Program-made: the position numbers and the translations under genes
Shown: positions 1 through 10,639 of the stretch, piece after piece
Numbering within the stretch: the stretch's first letter is position 1
How the letters are laid out: each line of letters opens with the position of its first letter
The notes under the pieces: model-generated
Databases searched by the model: none
Seen by the model: only the letters and a program-made list of their open reading frames with translations
What the model was told of the DNA's origin: nothing
Assembly (NCBI GenBank): GCA_963719495.1
Contig: CAVRCI010000002.1
Location: forward strand, 764,516 to 828,515
Length of the DNA: 64,000 nt
Direction: 5' to 3'
Origin: an uncultured Verrucomicrobiae bacterium
Lineage (GTDB): Bacteria; Verrucomicrobiota; Verrucomicrobiia; Chthoniobacterales; JAATET01

Positions 1-264
1 CGAGAAGACCCTCCCGCGCCGCCGCCCGACGCGACGTCGGCCGAAATCATGGCCCACCGACTGGCCACCGCATCGGGCCGCAACCTTTACGCCCTGCGTA
101 AACAGACCGTCGAACCAGTCTTTAGCATCATCAAAGAGGCCATGGGATTCCGGCGATTGCTATTGCGTGGCCAAGAGAAAGCCGCACTGGAATGGTCGCT
201 TGTGACCACCGCCTACAACCTCAGACGCCTCTTCGGACTCGGAATGAAGGTCGCAAGAGCGTAA
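1..264 (+). CDS. IS1182-family DDE transposase, C-terminal part (runs off the window start)
   Basis: Frame 1 is open from base 1. LRKQTVEPVFSIIKEAMGFRR...EWSLVTTAYNLRRL matches the IS1182-type C-terminal motif. Confidence 0.85.
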   Translation, partial: REDPPAPPPDATSAEIMAHRLATASGRNLYALRKQTVEPVFSIIKEAMGFRRLLLRGQEKAALEWSLVTTAYNLRRLFGLGMKVARA

Positions 265-432
265 AGAGTCCGCCATCACGCCACCATCCGTGCTGGCAGA
301 GAGTCCAAAACGCTCTTCACCGGGTTCCCTCGCTCCAATCCCATCTTTTTCGTCATCGCCGCCGGCCAATCCAACCTCGTTTCAAGAAACTTCCACGCCA
401 ACGCTCTGGCTCCAAGTCCGACAGGCTGCTAG
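1..432 (+). mobile_element. Right end of an IS1182-family element
   Basis: The transposase 3' end is followed by AAGTCCGACAGGCTGCTAG (414-432), which resembles IS1182-type terminal repeats. The left end is outside the window, so the boundary is inferred. Confidence 0.55.
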
Positions 433-618
433 GCCGCAATACATCGAAGGGTCAGATCAAAACGCCACTGTTTTGCGGGTTTTCGGCAGGAATGTGCAAG
501 ATTCCATTCGCTTTGAACTCCGGCCCTTTCGAGGAATACCCTCCGTGCATGCTGCTCTGGATGCTCTGACTCATGATCTCGAACCTTGCTCAACAGAGTA
601 AAAAACTGCCAACGGTGT

Positions 619-637
619 GCTTAAAGCAGTGCCATTC
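619..637. repeat. Terminal inverted repeat of the same family as the MITE at 17625-17904
   Basis: GCTTAAAGCAGTGCCATTC is the exact reverse complement of 17625-17643. The flanking GGGTCAG matches the CTGACCC that precedes the MITE. Confidence 0.75.
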
Positions 638-1102
638 GGGTCAGGTCATTCCTTTGACACATCGGTTGGACAAACGGGTCTGGAACAGGGTTTTCGGAAG
701 GGTCGCCCGATGTGCCATTGTGATTTGCCAATCCCGTTTCCTTTTCCTCGCGGGCCGGATTCACGGGATTGGAAGGATTGAGTTCCTGTTTTTTCTGGAT
801 GAATGCCCGTTCTCCCAAGGGGTAAGGGAGTCATTTCCCTGACTTCCTCATCATCCTGTCAATCCCGTAAATCCTGTCTCGAATTCCTCTCGAGATTAAA
901 GGGTTGGGGAAGCGCGCTGGGCGCTCCGTGGTAGCGGCTCGGTGCGTTCGGATGACGATCGGACTCGTGTGAGTGACTGCGGGGTCTATCGCGGAGTATC
1001 GTGGGTTTTCCTGTTGCTGGACGGAACTGGTGACCGGAAGTGGGCACCCGGCGGCGCGGCTGCCCTACCCTGGACGGGGTGCGGCTTCGCCGCTGAATTT
1101 TT

Positions 1103-1897
1103 TTACTCGGTCGTTTGGAGGAGGAAGGCCCGGTCGGCTGCTTCGATGGGGTCACTGATGGGGATCGCGGGGGCGATGGGGTCGGCTGCTGGGGCGGGGA
1201 TCGACTGTTCGAGCGTGCTGGGTTGCTCGTCGGCTAAGTCTTCCTGACGCGGTGCCTCGCTCGGGAGAATGGTGATGGGGGCGTCGAGGGTGGGGGTCAG
1301 GGGGTTGTTCGCGGGAGTCGGGCTGACGTTGGCGGCGAGCGGGAGGCCGCGGACTTCGAATTCGGTGCGGGTGGTCTCGGCGAGGACTTCTTCGGCGGAT
1401 TTGAGGGGCTCGGTGGCGGCGGGCGGCGGCTGGGGTTTATCCTGATCCTCGCGCAGGCGGATGACGTTGATGGTGAGGGCGTAGATGAAGACGCCGAGGG
1501 CGACGAGGACGACGAGGACCGCAACGCCGATGAGCGTGGGCAGGAGCGGGCTTCGCTTGGGGCGGTTGACGATGTTGGGGCGGAGGGGGGGGAGATCGCT
1601 TTCGGCGTAGCGGGTGTAGGCGTAGCCTTCGACGGCGACCTGGCCGCTGTCGGGGAGGAGTTCGCGCACTTTTTTCAGGGGAACGCCGAGGTATTTGGCG
1701 TAGGCGATGATGAACATGCGCGCGTAGCTGGGGTTGCTGAAGGAGGAGAGGTCGTCGTTCTCCATGTCGCGGATGCGCTGGGCGCGCATGCGGGTTTCCT
1801 TGGCGGCCTTTTCAACGGGAATGCCTTTGCTTTCGCGCTCGCTGGAGAGGAGGACGCCGATGGAGAGGGCGAGTTGGCCGGTGGTGTCGCTTTTCAT
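1103..1897 (-). CDS. RodZ-like HTH membrane protein
   Basis: N-terminal HTH_25-like region (KETRMRAQRIRDMENDD...YARMFIIAYAKYLG), one TM helix and a Pro-rich tail. The ATG overlaps the ftsK stop (TGATG). ftsK-rodZ adjacency is a known arrangement. Confidence 0.75.
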   Translation of the reverse strand: MKSDTTGQLALSIGVLLSSERESKGIPVEKAAKETRMRAQRIRDMENDDLSSFSNPSYARMFIIAYAKYLGVPLKKVRELLPDSGQVAVEGYAYTRYAESDLPPLRPNIVNRPKRSPLLPTLIGVAVLVVLVALGVFIYALTINVIRLREDQDKPQPPPAATEPLKSAEEVLAETTRTEFEVRGLPLAANVSPTPANNPLTPTLDAPITILPSEAPRQEDLADEQPSTLEQSIPAPAADPIAPAIPISDPIEAADRAFLLQTTE

Positions 1898-4625
1898 CAG
1901 AGGGTGTCGAGGTCGACGAGGATTTCGCGGTCTTTGGCGCCGTCCTTGGGGCCGACGATGCCGCGGGATTCGAGGATGTCGACGACGCGGGCGGCCCGGG
2001 TGTAGCCGAGGCGCAGGCGGCGTTGCAACATCGAGGTGGAGCATTTGCCCTCCTGCTTGATGATGTCGAGGCACTTGTCGACGAGTTCTTCGTCGGCTTC
2101 GCTGATTTCTTCTTCGGGCGGGGCGTTGCTGGTGAGTTTGTCGTGGATGCTGGGCTCGAAGTGGGGTTTCGACTGGTTGGAAACGAAGTCGACGATGCGG
2201 GCGATCTCGTCGTCGGTAACGAGGACGCCCTGGGTGCGGACGAGCTTGGCCGTGCCGGGGGGGAGGTAGAGCATGTCGCCCTGGCCGATGAGGCGCTCGG
2301 CTCCGTTCTCGTCGAGGATGACGCGGGAATCGATCTTGGAGGCGACCTGGAAGGCGATGCGGGAGGGGATGTTCGCTTTGATGATGCCGGTGACGACGTC
2401 GGCGCGGGGCGTCTGGGTGGCGACGACGAGGTGGATGCCGGAGGCGCGGGCTTTCTGGGCGATGCGGGCGATGCTGGATTCGACGTCGGCGGGGGCCGTC
2501 TGCATGAGGTCGGCGAGTTCGTCGATGATGACCACGATGTAAGGCATCTGCTCGGGGATGATGATCTCGTCGACGTCGCGGGGGACGGCGATCTTGTTGC
2601 GGGACGTGGTGGTCCAGTCGTCTTCCTCGTTCTCGGGGATCTGGTCCTCGAGCTCGGCGGCGGCGGCGAGGGCTTCGATGGGGTCGAGCTTTGGCTGGGC
2701 GGCATTTGGGGTGGGGGGGGGCGCCTTGGGTGAGGAAAACGGCTCGGCGGGAGCCTCGCCCTCCGGGTTTGGAGCGCCCTGCGGGCTTGGTGCGCCCGGC
2801 GGGCTCGAGTCTTCCCAGGGCGGGGTGTCTTTTTTGCTTTCGGCTTCGTCGAGTTCGGCTTGGGTTTTTGGTTTGGGTCGGTCGTTGAAGGTGGCGATGT
2901 TGCGGACGTTCGTTTTGGCGAAGATGCGGTAGCGGTTTTCCATTTCGTCGACGACCCAGCGGAGGGCCATGAGGACCTTCTTGGGGTCGGTGACGACGGG
3001 GGTGACGAGGTGGGGGAGGGTGTTGTAGATCTGCATCTCGACGACCTTGGGGTCGATCATGATGAAGCGGAGCTCTTCGGGGGTGAAGCGGAAGAGGAGG
3101 CTGGCGATGATGGAGTTGATGCAGACGGATTTGCCGGAGCCGGTGGTGCCGGCGACGAGGCAGTGGGGCATGGCGGCGAGGTCGCCGATGATGGCGTTGC
3201 CGTAGACGTCCTTGCCGAGGGTGAGGGGGAGGCGGGCTTTGGAGTCGGTCCAGGCCTCGGACTCGAAGAGCTCGCGGACGGTGATTTTCACCTTCTTCGC
3301 GTTGGCGATTTCGATGCCGACGGTGTCCTTGCCGGGGATGGGGGCGATGATGTTGATGCGCTCGGCGCGGGTGGCGCGGGCGATGTCGCGTTCGAGGGTG
3401 ACGATGCGGTCGACGCGGACGCCTTTGGCGGGGTAGATCTCGTAGCGGGTGATGGTGGGGCCCTTGGTGATGTCGCCGGGCGAGGTGGTGATGCCGAACT
3501 GGGCGAGGGTGTCGATGATGATGTCCTGGACGGCTTTGAGCTCGGTCGGGTCGACGGCGACGCGGCCGTCGTCGTCGGGCGGGTCGAGGAGGTCGAGGTG
3601 GGGGAGTTCGTAGTTGTCGAGGTGGACTTCCTGGAGGCCGCCGAGGGCGTCGGGGGCTTTGCGGCGCGGAGGGGCGGGGGGAGCTTCTTGGTGCCGGGTT
3701 TTGGGACCGAGGTGTCGATGATCTTGGGCTCGGGGAGCGGGGGGTCGTCGGAGGCGACGGGGGTGGCGGAGACGGATTCTGGTTCGTCGGAGGGGTCGGG
3801 GTCGGTTTTTGTCGCTCGCTTGGGGCGGAGGCGTTTCTCGATTTTTTCGGCCTGGCGGTCGATTTCGCGCTGGTTGGCTGCGAAGAGCTCTTCCTCGGTG
3901 AGGCGTTCGCGCTGGCGCTCGCGGCGGTCGGCGAGGCGCCCGCTCGCGGCGGCGGCGCAGAGTTTGACGAATTTGAAGGGGTGAAAGCCGGTGAGGAGGA
4001 TGAGGCTGGCGAGGTAGAGAACGATCAGGACGATGGCGGAGCCACCGGATCCGAGGGCGTTGGTGAAGGCTTTGCCACCGACGTAGTATCCGGTCCAGCC
4101 GCCGGGGCTCTGGATGCGGAAGGTGTCGCCCCAGCTTTGCAGGAAGAAGGGCTGGATGTGGAGGAGGCTGGCTCCGCAGATGAGGAAGAGAAAGGCCCAG
4201 CCGAGGCGACCTTTGAGGCTGAAGCGGGGGAAGAAAAGCTTGGCGATGCCGAAACCGAGGAGGAGGACGGCGAGCAGGTAGGAGGCGGCTCCGAAGAGGA
4301 AGTAGAGGAACCCGGCACCGAGGACGCCGAGGATGCCGACGTAGTTGCTGATCTCCTCGTTGGGCGGGCTGACCCAACTGAAGAAGACCCAGGAAGGGAC
4401 GTCGGCCGGGACGTAGGAGATGAGGGCGAGGAGCAGCAGGACGCCGACGCCGACGAGGACCACGCCGAGGGCTTCGTTTACGGCGGTGTTGCCGGTGCGG
4501 GCCGGTCGGGAGCCTCGTTCGGTGGTGGCGGGAGCCGAAGGGGCGGCCTTGGTCTTTCGACTGCGTTTGGGAGTGGATTCGGTCGTGGCGGCGACGCGGC
4601 GGCGGGTGCGTTTGGGCGTGCTCAC
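1897..4625 (-). CDS. ftsK: DNA translocase FtsK, split by an apparent 1-nt deletion near 3676-3681
   Basis: The 4TM N-terminal domain is in ORF 3288..4625. The motor domain (AGTTGSGKS, IIDELADLM, ATQTP) and gamma domain (STSMLQRRLRLGYTRAAR) are in ORF 1897..4377. One extra base in the G6 run joins them. Confidence 0.92.
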
Positions 4626-5554
4626 TGAGTGGATGGGGTGGATGCTTCGAGTCCGTGGAGGCGAACGGGCTGGTTCTTACCCTTGAGGCGGTGTTCTCCG
4701 AGATCGTGGGTGGGGTGTTCGACGGGGCCGAGGGCGGCGAGGAAATCGCCGGACATGACGAGGCGCTGGTCGAGGAGTTTCATGGTGGTTTCGATCCGAA
4801 ATGCCGTGTTGACGGCGTCGCCGATGATGGTCGCATCGCGCTGGGCGACAAGCCCGATGTTGCCGCAGGTGACGGTGCCGTGGTGGAGGGCGACGGCGAT
4901 GCGGAAGGCGGGATTGGCGGGGCCGGGCCAGCGGCGGGTGGCGGCTTCGCGCAGGAGGCTCTCGCCGACGCGGAGGGCGGCGCGGGCTTCGGCACCGGGT
5001 TCGTCGGTCTTGGTCCAGTAGGCGAGAATGGCGTCGCCGATGAACTTGTCGATGGTGCCGCCGCTGCGTTGCACGAGATTGCCGGCGGTGCGGAACCAGT
5101 CGCCGAGGGTGCGGGCGAGGTCCTCGTCGGAGATTTGTTCGGACATCGTGGAGAAGGCGCGGATGTCGCAGACCATGATGGCGACGTCGGCGGCGGCTTC
5201 GAGGCCGTGCTCGGTGCCGGCGATGGTGCGGTCGGCTCCGGGCGCGGGGGTGGCGTCGTCGTTTTGATTGAAAAGGAGTTCGTTGTTGGTGATGCGGATG
5301 ACGGAGCCGTCCCGGAGGGTGACGGGGGTGATGACGCGGCGGCCATCGACGTAGGTTCCGTTGCGGCTGCCAAGGTCCATGATTTGGTATTCGAACGCGT
5401 TGTGGCAGCGGATGATGGCGTGCTGGCGGGAGACGTGTGGGCTGAAGTCGAGGGCGACGGTGTTGTCGCGGCTGCGGCCGATGGTGGCGGTGTTGGCGAT
5501 GGCGACTTCGAAGGAATCGCGGTCGGGTGGTTGGACTTTGAGCGTGGCTCGCAT
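4622..5554 (-). CDS. FHA domain plus class III adenylate/guanylate cyclase
   Basis: FHA motifs (IGRSRDN, VSRQHA, DLGSRNGT) and cyclase motifs (CDIRAFS, DKFIGDA, IIGDAVNTAFRIE). Confidence 0.9.
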   Translation of the reverse strand: MRATLKVQPPDRDSFEVAIANTATIGRSRDNTVALDFSPHVSRQHAIIRCHNAFEYQIMDLGSRNGTYVDGRRVITPVTLRDGSVIRITNNELLFNQNDDATPAPGADRTIAGTEHGLEAAADVAIMVCDIRAFSTMSEQISDEDLARTLGDWFRTAGNLVQRSGGTIDKFIGDAILAYWTKTDEPGAEARAALRVGESLLREAATRRWPGPANPAFRIAVALHHGTVTCGNIGLVAQRDATIIGDAVNTAFRIETTMKLLDQRLVMSGDFLAALGPVEHPTHDLGEHRLKGKNQPVRLHGLEASTPSTQ

Positions 5555-5664
5555 GGAGACCGGGGAAGGTAGCCGGGGATTGGGGAAGTTTTAAGTGCGA
5601 AGTTCGGGCGATTTTGTGGGACGCGGCGCTTGCCGGGCGGGCTGGGACGGGTAATTTTGGCGCG

Positions 5665-6075
5665 ATGAAATCCGCCCTTCGCCTCGCTCTTCTCGCCACG
5701 TTGATTCTGCCCGCAACCGCGCTTCGGGCGCAGGACGCCACCGATCCGGATGCGATCGTGCAGGTCGAGGCGGACGACCGTGATGCGCTGATGGGGATGG
5801 AGGGGCAGATCGTGACGGTGACGGGGACTCTGACGGGGGTCGGGGCGACGCCGACGGGGAGTTTGACGTTTTTGAATTTCGCGAAGGTGCCAAATTCGTT
5901 CGTGGCGATCGTTTCGGAGCGTAATTTGGCGATGTTTCCCGATGGGTTCGACGATCTGAAGGGGAAGCGGATCGCGCTCACCGGGACGGTCAAAATCTAT
6001 CGTGACGAAACCCCGCAGATCGAGCTCGAGACGGCGGGTCAGATCGAAGTGGTTGAGGCCGTCAAACCGGAGTAG
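5665..6075 (+). CDS. Secreted small OB-fold-like protein
   Basis: Signal peptide followed by an OB-fold-like pattern (VTVTGTL...FLNF...GKRIALTGTVKIY...PQIEL). Confidence 0.65.
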   Translation: MKSALRLALLATLILPATALRAQDATDPDAIVQVEADDRDALMGMEGQIVTVTGTLTGVGATPTGSLTFLNFAKVPNSFVAIVSERNLAMFPDGFDDLKGKRIALTGTVKIYRDETPQIELETAGQIEVVEAVKPE

Positions 6076-6141
6076 ACGAGGGATTCGCTTCGGGGTGATG
6101 CGGCTTTCTGAACCAATGAACGGACTGACCCCTCTGGGTGG

Positions 6142-6738
6142 TTAGGTTGTTTTGGGGTCGAACTGGCGGGCGGCGTATTTGGCGAGGACGTCGTATTCGA
6201 CGTTAATGGGGTCGCCGGGGCGGAGGTCGCCGAGGTTGGTGTGGTCGCGCGTGTGGGGAATGATCCAGATGGTGAGGCGGTCGGCGGCGAGGTCGGCGAT
6301 GGTGAGGCTCACGCCATTGAGGGCGATGGAGCCTTTGGGGATGACGTAGCGGGCGAAAGCGGCGGGGAGCTCGATGGTGAGGCCGAGATCCGGGCCGCGG
6401 GCGGTCACGTCGATCAGGGCGACGGTGGCGTCGACGTGACCTTGGACGAAATGCCCGCCGAGGCGCGCATTGGCGGCGAGGGCGCGTTCGAGGTTGAGGC
6501 GGGAGCCGGGTTCGAGTTTCCCGAGGTTGGTGCGGTCGAGGGTCTCGGCGAGGAGGTCGAAATCGATCGTTTCGGTGGTGGTCGCGACGGCGGTCAGGCA
6601 GCAGCCATTGGTCGCGAGGCTCTCGCCGAGGGTGAGCTGGGAAGCAAGGCCGGGGGCGCGGAGGCGGAAGCGGCGGCCACCCGGAGTATCGGTGAAGCTT
6701 TCCAGCGTGCCGATGGCTTCGACGAGTCCGGTGAACAT
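6142..6738 (-). CDS. ribE: Riboflavin synthase alpha chain
   Basis: MFTGLVE N-terminus, NGCCLT, LGGHFVQGHVD, KGSIALNGVSLT. Confidence 0.95.
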   Translation of the reverse strand: MFTGLVEAIGTLESFTDTPGGRRFRLRAPGLASQLTLGESLATNGCCLTAVATTTETIDFDLLAETLDRTNLGKLEPGSRLNLERALAANARLGGHFVQGHVDATVALIDVTARGPDLGLTIELPAAFARYVIPKGSIALNGVSLTIADLAADRLTIWIIPHTRDHTNLGDLRPGDPINVEYDVLAKYAARQFDPKTT

Positions 6739-6865
6739 GCGGGCACGATACCTGACGTTCGCGCGGGGTGGATAGAGCTTTTCGCCAAGGAGCGGCTGGT
6801 GCATTGTTCCGCGACGAAACAATGGGAACGAGCCAAGCGCCGCCCTCCGAATCGAGTCCGCTCCC

Positions 6866-8611
6866 ATGAGTCAATTTCCCATCTCCAGTGCCGCGGAAAA
6901 CTTGTCCGCTCTCGACGTTCTCATCGTGGAGGATGATCCGGTGACCCGGGCGCTGTTGGATCGGTTGATGAAAAAACGGGGGCATCACACCGTTCCGTGC
7001 GAGACCGCGGAGGACGCCTTGGCCCGGTTGATGGAGCGTTTCTATCCGATCATTCTGCTCGACGTGCAGCTTCCGGGGATGAGCGGCCTCGAACTCTCGA
7101 AGCATCTGCGGTCGCAGCCGGACGGCGATCAGTATTACATCCTGGTCGGCACCGGAAACGACCGGCCGGAAGACTTGCGCGACATTCTCGACGCGGGTGC
7201 GAGCGATTACGTGGCGAAGCCTTACGTTCCCGATTTTCTCAACGTTCGGCTGACGGTCGCCGAGAAGCAGGTGAAGGACATCGCCGCGCGGAAGCGGCTC
7301 GAGCGGGAGCTTAAATTTCTCGCCACGCGCGACCCGCTCACCAAGTTGCTCAATCGCAGCCAGCTCGAGCCGGCGCTCGAGGCGGCCGTTCGCGCCTCGC
7401 AGGAGGGGCGTCCCGGCGCGGTCCTCTACCTCGATCTCGACAACTTCAAGGTTGTGAACGACACGCTCGGCCACGAGGCGGGAGATCGCCTGCTCACGAC
7501 GCTTTCCGCGATTCTGAAAACGGCGACCCGACCGCAGGACGAGCTCGTTCGCTTCGGCGGCGACGAGTTTGTCGTGATTCTCACCGACGCTTCGGTCGAC
7601 CACGCCATGGCCATCGCCGGGCGGCTGCGCGAGAAGGTCGAGGAATTTCGATTCATCGAGGGCGAGCGCACGTTCCGGGTCGGCGCGTCCATCGGCGTGG
7701 CCCCGATCAATCCGATGCTCACGCCCAGTGAGATCCTCGTGGCGGCGGACTCCGCCTGCTACACCGCCAAGGCTCACGGGCGCAACCGCGTCGAGATTCA
7801 CAACGAGAGCGACAGCGAGATCGCCCGGTTGATCGCCGATACGAATTGGGCGGCGCGCATCAGCGAAGCCATGACCGATGGAGCGCTCGAACTTTGGTTC
7901 CAGCCCGTCGTTTCGACGCGCGGCGGCGAGATGCTCTACCAGGAGGCGCTGCTGCGCTACATCGACCCGGCGCAGACGGTGATCGTGAGCCCGGGCGCTT
8001 TCCTGAACTCCGCCGCCCGCTCGGGGCAAAGCGCGAAACTCGACCGCTTCGTTGCCGAGAAAGCCGTGCGCAAGCTCGAGCAATACCCGGATCTCATCCT
8101 CGGCGTGAACCTGTCGGCCCCATCGTTCAACGACCTCGAGCTTCTTGAATTCGTCGAGGAAGTGCTTTCCCACAGCTCGGTGACGCCGGATCGACTGCAC
8201 TTCGAGATCACCGAGACCGAGATCATGTCGAACCTCGAGAAGGCGCGGGAGATTTTGGAAAAAATGTCGGCCATTGGGCTGAAGATCGCGCTCGACGATT
8301 TCGGGGCCGGATTTTCGTCCCTGGCTTACCTGAAAAACCTGCCCGTTGATTTGCTCAAGATCGACTGTGCGTTCGTGCGGGATCTGCCGAACAACTCGTT
8401 CAATCAAGCCATCCTGCGGGCGATCCGCGAGGTGGCGAAGATCCGGAACATCAAGACCGTCGCCGAGTGCGTGGAGACCAGCGAGCAATACGAACTGCTG
8501 GCCGAGCTGGGGATCGATTACGCGCAGGGATTCTACATGGGGCGGCCGCGGGCGACGCCCTACGTTCACGAAGATTTGAACTCCGCTTTTCTGGCCAGTC
8601 TGAGCGCCTGA
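6866..8611 (+). CDS. REC-GGDEF-EAL diguanylate cyclase/phosphodiesterase
   Basis: Receiver domain (VEDD, LLDVQLPGMSG), RFGGDEF, QEALLR and ALDDFGAGFSSL; all motifs intact. Confidence 0.93.
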   Translation: MSQFPISSAAENLSALDVLIVEDDPVTRALLDRLMKKRGHHTVPCETAEDALARLMERFYPIILLDVQLPGMSGLELSKHLRSQPDGDQYYILVGTGNDRPEDLRDILDAGASDYVAKPYVPDFLNVRLTVAEKQVKDIAARKRLERELKFLATRDPLTKLLNRSQLEPALEAAVRASQEGRPGAVLYLDLDNFKVVNDTLGHEAGDRLLTTLSAILKTATRPQDELVRFGGDEFVVILTDASVDHAMAIAGRLREKVEEFRFIEGERTFRVGASIGVAPINPMLTPSEILVAADSACYTAKAHGRNRVEIHNESDSEIARLIADTNWAARISEAMTDGALELWFQPVVSTRGGEMLYQEALLRYIDPAQTVIVSPGAFLNSAARSGQSAKLDRFVAEKAVRKLEQYPDLILGVNLSAPSFNDLELLEFVEEVLSHSSVTPDRLHFEITETEIMSNLEKAREILEKMSAIGLKIALDDFGAGFSSLAYLKNLPVDLLKIDCAFVRDLPNNSFNQAILRAIREVAKIRNIKTVAECVETSEQYELLAELGIDYAQGFYMGRPRATPYVHEDLNSAFLASLSA

Positions 8612-8645
8612 GCCGAGCGCTGGCGGCAGCCGAACGATCTGAAGA

Positions 8646-8721
<76 letters not shown>

Positions 8722-8887
8722 GGAAATCTGGCGGGACCGCGAAAATAAGATGGCTTGGGCCGCCGGAGCAAGCGGGAAGCGATGGAATGAATCGAGCGGG
8801 GGTGCGCGGCACCCGCTCTGGACGGATTTGGCCGGCGGCGGCGAAATCGTCCCGGCGAGAAGCGCGCGATCGCGTTGTCGTTGGGAA

Positions 8888-8947
8888 AGTGGCGCGGGCT
8901 CCCAGCTTGCTCGGATGGGATCTCGCAAGCTGGAGGCTTGCGCCACT
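8888..8947. repeat. REP-like inverted pair
   Basis: AGTGGCGCGGGCTCCCAGCTTGC ... GCAAGCTGGAGGCTTGCGCCACT. Confidence 0.6.
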
Positions 8948-8955
8948 TTGCGGGA

Positions 8956-9561
8956 TCAGTCGGTGCGGGCGCCGGAGAGGATGTCATCGACGGCTCCCGG
9001 TCTCAGATCGGCGGACTTGACCGCCTCGGCGCTCATCGCGCCCGTCCGATAAGCTTCGGCGATGATGATCTCGGTCGTTCGGGCGCGGAGGTCGGGCTCG
9101 GCGATGGTGTCGGCCCATTCGCGAGCGCTTTGGTAATCGCCACCGGTCACCAAAAACTCCGCGACGGTCGCAATGGCGGGGCCGTAGTTTTCGCAGTCGG
9201 GTTGGGCGTCGAGCCACTCGGAGGCGGCGGCGGGGTCGGACGTGAGCCAGCGGCCGATGATCTGGTTGAGGACGACGAGTTCGGTCGGAGTGATGGATTC
9301 GGCCCGGAGGGTGTTGGCGAAGGCGGCGTAGGTTTGCGAGCGGGTGGAGATCGGGCCGAGCGACGTGGCTGAATTCGGCTCGGGATTCGGCTCGGGGGTT
9401 GGCTCAACCGTGAAAGGAATGGCCGGGGTGGGTGGGTGGAAAGCTGTGACTGCGGGTGGTGCCGGGAGCGAATTTGTCCCCGGGCGGGCGGCGGCGAGGA
9501 CGAAATTGAGGACGACGGAGGCGGCGAGGAGCGCCCACGGGAGGATCGTGCGAGCGGTCAC
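8956..9561 (-). CDS. Hypothetical membrane-anchored/secreted helical-repeat protein
   Basis: N-terminal hydrophobic helix, Pro-rich linker and WLTSDPAAASEWL, a motif like those in the proteins at 36134-39960. The GTG overlaps the upstream stop. Confidence 0.6.
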   Translation of the reverse strand: MTARTILPWALLAASVVLNFVLAAARPGTNSLPAPPAVTAFHPPTPAIPFTVEPTPEPNPEPNSATSLGPISTRSQTYAAFANTLRAESITPTELVVLNQIIGRWLTSDPAAASEWLDAQPDCENYGPAIATVAEFLVTGGDYQSAREWADTIAEPDLRARTTEIIIAEAYRTGAMSAEAVKSADLRPGAVDDILSGARTD

Positions 9562-10099
9562 GGGGCGGGTGCGGGGACGAGGTTGGGTGCGGAATCCGCG
9601 GTCTCGTCGGATTCGAGGCCATCGAAGCGGAGGAGCCGGGCGCTGTTGAAGATGACGAAGAAGGCGCTGAACTCGTGGACGAACGCGGCGAGGATCGGGG
9701 TGATGAGGCCGAGGGAGGAGGCCGTGATGGCGAGGATGATGAAGACGAAGCCGCAGAGGAGGTTCTGGTTGATCACGCCCACGGTGCGATGGGAGAGCTC
9801 GAGCAGGTCGGCCAGGCGGCGGAGGTCGTTGTTCATGAGCGCGACGTCGGCGGTGTGGATCGCGACTTCGTTGCCGAGCGCGCCCATGGCGACGCCGAGG
9901 TGGCCGCTGGCGAGGGCGGGGGCGTCGTTGAGGCCGTCGCCGACGACCATGACGTGCGCGCCCTCCGTCTTGAGCGCTTCGATGCGGGTGCGTTTGTCCT
10001 CGGGCAGGCAGTCGGCCTGGAAGTCGGTGAGGCCGAGGCGGGCGGCGATGGCCGCGGCGACGGGTTGGCGGTCGCCGGTGAGGAGGACGAAGCGGCCGC
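9558..10099 (-). pseudogene. Heavy-metal P1B-type ATPase, C-terminal remnant
   Basis: LLTGDR...CLPEDK...VGDGLNDAPALA...AAFVHE. Everything upstream, including the DKTGT motif, is missing. Confidence 0.85.
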
Positions 10100-10495
10100 G
10101 ATCACGCCGGACGCTTCCCAGATCCCAGCCGGAGAAGGGGCGCTGCCGTCGCGGCTGTTGACGTAGCTGAAGTTGAAGTCGGCTTGATACTTCGCGGCGA
10201 GGTTGGCGTTGCGGTCGAGTGACCAGACGCCGCCGTTGCGGAAGTATTTCGCGTAGACCGCGGTGGCGGGGCTGTTGGTGTTTTCACAGATGACGATGAA
10301 GTCCTTGGTGACCGCAAGGTTGTCGATGGAGACGGGGTAGTCGGTGCCGTTGTTGGTGTTGCCACCCGTGTAGGTGGGGATCACCTGCGCGCCGCCGTTG
10401 GCGGTGTAGAACGGGCCGGTGTAGGCCCCGACGATCGTCCCGCCGGGTGTGACGATCTGGCCCGCATTGTTTTTGTGACGAAATCGTCGTTGATT
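10100..10495 (-). pseudogene. Fragment of a PhoX/DUF839-like beta-propeller protein
   Basis: SIDNLAV...VICEN...GGVW...GIWEASGVI resembles the PhoX-family C-terminal region. It has no proper start or end. Confidence 0.45.
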
Positions 10496-10639
10496 TGGTG
10501 CCGTCGGTGCGGCTGGGAGCGGGACGGTTCCCCCAAAAACGTGGGGAGGAAGAACTCAAGAGTCAGCGATCCTTCACTCCGTTCAAGCTGACAGGATTGG
10601 GGGGACGGGGAGCGCTGCGCTCTCCGGTCCGCCCAGCAC

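Noticed and set aside
3676..3681. Programmed -1 frameshift in ftsK
   Set aside because: No canonical X XXY YYZ slippery heptamer; a homopolymer error is more parsimonious.
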